DNA of 64,000 nucleotides, taken from assembly GCA_905178155.1 (NCBI GenBank), contig CAJINV010000006.1:626398-690397 (forward strand). Reading direction: 5' to 3'. Under the pieces are notes generated by a model, which did no database searches, had not been told where the DNA came from, and saw only the letters and a program-made list of their open reading frames with translations. Of this stretch, positions 60,156 to 64,000 are shown in pieces; position 1 is the stretch's first letter, and each line of letters opens with the position of its first letter. The DNA comes from Amoebophrya sp. A120 (Eukaryota; Protista; Dinoflagellata). A program made the translations under genes and the position numbers.

Positions 60156-61081
60156 ATGATGACACACTTTTTTCGGACTAGAGTTTTTGAGTCCTTGGAT
60201 TATTCTAAGGACGCTGAGCAAACAACACATAAGACTTTGATTCTGATACATCACATTGCGATCTCGCACGACAAAGTATCTTTCTCATGCGGCCTACGCA
60301 TGAATTTTTTTCGTGATGACAAACTTTTTTCGGACTAGAGTTTCTGAGCCTTTTCTCCTGAAAAGTCGCTGAGCAAACAACACTTAAGACTTTGATGCTG
60401 ATATGGTAAGTAACGAGTTCTTGGTAACACGCACCGCTCGCGAATGATCTTCTTTCTACACAAAGGAGCGCGCAGATGTTGAGTCTCCGTGCTGCTTTCA
60501 TCACTAGTGCAGCACGGAGAATTTAAATCTGCCAAAGCAAAAACTGGTCTTTGTCTGTCGGTCCAGCGCTCTATCAAGAATCGCTGCGGCCGCCCTGGAT
60601 GATCCAAACATTCCGACGATCAAATGCGTTTTTAGCAATAGAAAGCGTTCCTGCTGTTGGCAATTTGCATGACAAAGACTGCAGGATAGATCAACAAGCC
60701 AAGCATGATGACACCTTTTTTCGGACTAGAGTTTCTGAGCCTTTTTCTTCTGAAATTGGCGATGAGCTCAAACCAATAAGACTTTGATGCTGAAACACAT
60801 CGAGAAAAGCGAACTTGTACTGCGCAAGCTAACATACTAGGGAGATCCATATTGGCTGTCTTGCGTGACAGAAAAGCTGAAGCAGGATGAAAATCTTTTT
60901 CGGACTAGAGTAGCTGAGCTTCTTTTCAGAGACGCTGATCCAAAATCAATAAGACTTTGATTCTGAAGTGGCTTCTTAATCACAGCGATGTTACTACACA
61001 CGAGCGAGCGTGCTGTTTGCCGCCTTCGGACATGACAAATTCTCCAGCGGGATGAAAATCTTTTCGGACTAGAGTTTCTGA
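60156..61081 (+). ncRNA. Four to five box C/D snoRNA copies (60156-60246, 60313-60401, 60705-60793, 60884-60966, partial ~61049)
   Basis: D' guide tcggactagagt pairs with LSU ACUCUAGUCCGA; D guide agactttgat pairs with SSU AUCAAAGUCU. Confidence 0.78.
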
Positions 61082-61444
61082 TACGGAACTTCTCAAGTCC
61101 TTGTGATTACCAAATTGACAATCAAATTCTGAATTGCATATTTCGCATGCGGAAGTCGACTTACTATCGCTCGTGAGGTTTGTGATGCCGGGAATCAATG
61201 CATGATCAACATTTCTAGCCGTGTAAGGGACGAGTGGTTGACTTTGAAATAGTTTTCCTCCATCAAATTATGCGGTAGAAAAGAGTTTCCTCCCTGTTGC
61301 GGTGCGCGGAATTGAAGTTTGTGTTGTTGGAACTGCAACACAAGCTGTTGCGTGTCGTCAGGGTACAGTTCATATGAAGCCAGAAAATCTGTAATGCGGA
61401 AAGCGCCACACGAGAAAAGCTGTTGTATTGTGCGCTCATGCAAT

Positions 61445-62220
61445 TATGATGATCGGATCTTTGTTCCGCGTGTGTGGTTCCATTCTCATAGCATGAAAAA
61501 CTATGACGATCGGAGTCTAAAAATGAGAATTGGTCGAATCTGACTAGCGGATCTTTGTTCCGCATGTGTGGTTCCATTTGTATAGCATGAACAGCAAGAC
61601 AAACACCAGCACACGGGGATGCTCTGCATGACAAGTTCATGCGATCAGTGTAGTACTGTTTGAGCTTCCAAATGTTGTAATGCGAACTTTGCATGACAAA
61701 CTATGATGATCGGAGTCTAAAAATGAGAATTGGTCGAATCTGACTAGCGGATCTTTGTTCCGCGTGTGTGGTTCCATTTGTATAGCATGAGCAGCAAGAC
61801 AAACACCAGCACACGGGGATGCTGTGCGTGACAAGTTCATGCGATCAGTGTAGTACTGTTTGAGCTTCCAAATGTTGTAATGCGAGCAGCACCATTAGGC
61901 AGAAACTGAATTTGCGACTTTGCGTGACAAACTATGATGATCGGAGTCTAAAAATGAGAATTGGTCGAATCTGACTAGCGGATCTTTGTTCCGCATGTGT
62001 GGCTCCATTTGTATAGCATGAACAGCAAGACAAACACCAGCACACGGGGATGCTGTGCATGACAAGTTCATGCGATCAGTGTAGTACTGTTTGAGCTTCC
62101 AAATGTTGTAATGCGAGCAGCACCATCAGGCAGAAACTGAATTTGCGACTTTGCATGACAAACTATGATGATCGGAGTCTAAAAATGAGAATTGGTCGAA
62201 TCTGACTAGCGGATCTTTGT
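61445..62220. repeat. Young tandem repeat, 200-231 bp unit, ~3.5 copies
   Basis: ctatga[tc]gatcggagtctaaaaatgag at ~61501, 61701, 61932, 62163; unit contains family J interior sequence. Confidence 0.9.
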
Positions 62221-63165
62221 GTCCGCTGCTGTGCAGACTTACCTTTAAGCTCCCCCATCTGATTTGTTATTTCAACGGTTTGATGATGTCGCAAGATCTT
62301 ACCTCCACAATGGCATATTATGCTTATTCATGCCCAGCACCATATCATGCAGGAACGATGAAAACACATTCACCGCAGAGGACGCTATGAATTTTCACTT
62401 TACGACCCAGCAAGACCTGCCATTGACGAGATACCACAAAATGCGAAACCAATTTACTAATGTGCCTCAAGGAAAAATTTCCGGTCCGCAGCGAGCCGAT
62501 TGCCGCTTGTTTTCCTAAGTGATTTCCGATGTTCCCCAGTGTCTCTTCATCTTGCATTGCACTTTCTTGAGTTTTATAGATGCGTCAACAGCTATTATGG
62601 GTCGTATAGTCGCGTGAAAGGCGTGTTTCAAAGTGCCTCCGTTTAGGGCAGCAAAGATCAAAAGTATTTTGAGCTCTAGTCGTTGAAAAAAGTTTGGCTC
62701 TGCACATTTCTAAATTTTCGTGGTGAAAACATAGTCTACTCGTGATTAAGGTCGCTCAGACCGTTTCGTAAATGGGTCGTCTGATTCGTTTCTCTCGGAA
62801 GGTGCTTTTCGCTTGCACAGGACGCAATCGGTCTTTCCGTTATACAGCTTCACGTTGATGTCGTTGCGGGGTCGTGATAGAAATTATGTGTAGAAGAACG
62901 AGACCCACCTAGCTTCCACTTCCGCCAGAAGGCAAGCGTGCTCTATCTACCGCAACTCTCATATGCTACTTTTCAAAACCTCCAGCTCGTCTTTTTTTTT
63001 CAACGAAATCAAAATTCGAGATAACGCGCACTACTGTTGTACCGAACTGTACGAAATTGATTGTGGAAACAACATCGTATCAGCACTACTTACTTACTTC
63101 TTATCTTTGGCCGTCAACTGTATAGTACAATCTCTTGCTGTCCTGTCCCAGCTACATAAAATAAA

Positions 63166-64000
63166 ATGGCGCACTATTCTTTCTTCCTCGTCTATCTCCT
63201 GCTGTTGCTTCAGGCACTGCATGCCCGAATTTTGCGTGGCGTGTTGAAGAAGCGAGCGCACACGGTACAGCAGCGGAAAGTGGTAGAGAAGCGACAACGA
63301 CGACGCGCAGCACGGGGTACAACTACTTCGGACGAAGACAATGGCGCTGTAACAACCTCTAGTAGTGCGGAAGATGATGATACTGGAGTTGAGAAAGAGG
63401 CAATTGGTGGTGCAAGATCGGAGAGAAGTAGGGCCACTTCCTCTAACACCCGCAAGTCCTCGTCCTTCCTCGGTAAACTCTTGTCCCGGAAGCAGAAGAC
63501 GCAAACACTAAAACTGCAGACGAAAAATTACAATGTGAACGAAGATACTTCATTGCCCTACGACGACGGGAAGAAACAAAAATCACGCAGCGCCGCAGCT
63601 ACCGGGCCTACAAGAGCCGCATCGTTTCTTGAGGAGAGAGAGGAGCAGCAGCATGAGCACAGGGCTGCTGCCTTGCACGAGCAGAAAGATGAGATTCGCG
63701 AGGATTTCGATACTCGGCGGTCGGTAGAAGGTCATCTGCAGTTTGGAGCGCGTGAAGATCTTCTGGACGTGGACACAGATAGCTTTCTGAACACGCAAGA
63801 AGAGACCACAGACGTTGGGGCGACGACGAGGATGCCCATTGCAGCCTCTACCCTAGCGGCCGACAGGAAGCTCCGGGAGAAGAAAACCAGTGTCGAGTTT
63901 CGTGCAGCGGACAGCGAGACTGATGATGATGACGATGATGATGTAGTTCAGCAGGAGCGCGGTGTGCCGGCGTCAGGAGCATCACCTTCTCTTCGCACAG
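63166..64000 (+). CDS. Probable secreted protein, 5' part (open to window end)
   Basis: MAHYSFFLVYLLLLLQALHARILRG.. signal-peptide-like start; no stop in ~278 codons; absent from the ORF track because it has no stop. Confidence 0.7.
   Translation, partial: MAHYSFFLVYLLLLLQALHARILRGVLKKRAHTVQQRKVVEKRQRRRAARGTTTSDEDNGAVTTSSSAEDDDTGVEKEAIGGARSERSRATSSNTRKSSSFLGKLLSRKQKTQTLKLQTKNYNVNEDTSLPYDDGKKQKSRSAAATGPTRAASFLEEREEQQHEHRAAALHEQKDEIREDFDTRRSVEGHLQFGAREDLLDVDTDSFLNTQEETTDVGATTRMPIAASTLAADRKLREKKTSVEFRAADSETDDDDDDDVVQQERGVPASGASPSLRT

Noticed and set aside
57000-62900. Short ORFs as protein-coding genes
   Set aside because: No recognisable domains; the repeated peptides derive from snoRNA copies and tandem repeats.
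1-64000. Autonomous DDE transposase, rRNA, tRNA or dinoflagellate spliced-leader relics
   Set aside because: None recognised by eye; absence was not tested computationally.

Overview
Eukaryotic, alveolate-like genomic window. Gene content and intron architecture fit a Syndiniales parasite such as Amoebophrya; this is an inference, not a search result. The dominant signal is about 75 short (150-330 bp) non-autonomous elements in at least 10 families. Each has terminal inverted repeats (TIRs) beginning 5'-TA(T) and ending (A)TA-3', is flanked by a 5-bp direct repeat (DR), and sits inside a coding exon. Removing the element plus one DR copy restores conserved reading frames without GT-AG ends, so they behave as non-canonical transposon-derived introns (introners). 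All families, the ordinary GT-AG introns and the snoRNA spacers share a dense, strand-symmetric motif (GCAWKACA/TGTMWTGC) that is nearly absent from exons. Reconstructed genes: AlaX-like domain fused to TrpRS (5' part), a FYVE-like Zn-finger protein, a very large probable membrane protein, an FkbM-like methyltransferase, a DWDDT-type HAD protein, RPL10, a GT27 ppGalNAc-transferase-like protein and the start of a secreted protein. Also present: a truncated tyrosine recombinase fragment inside a ~156-bp tandem array (with a probable assembly duplication at the single N), a MULE-like MITE, a poly(A) retro-insertion, and intronic plus clustered box C/D snoRNAs. Most ORFs in the supplied track are spurious translations of the repeats. 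Coordinates were read by eye and may be off by a few bases.
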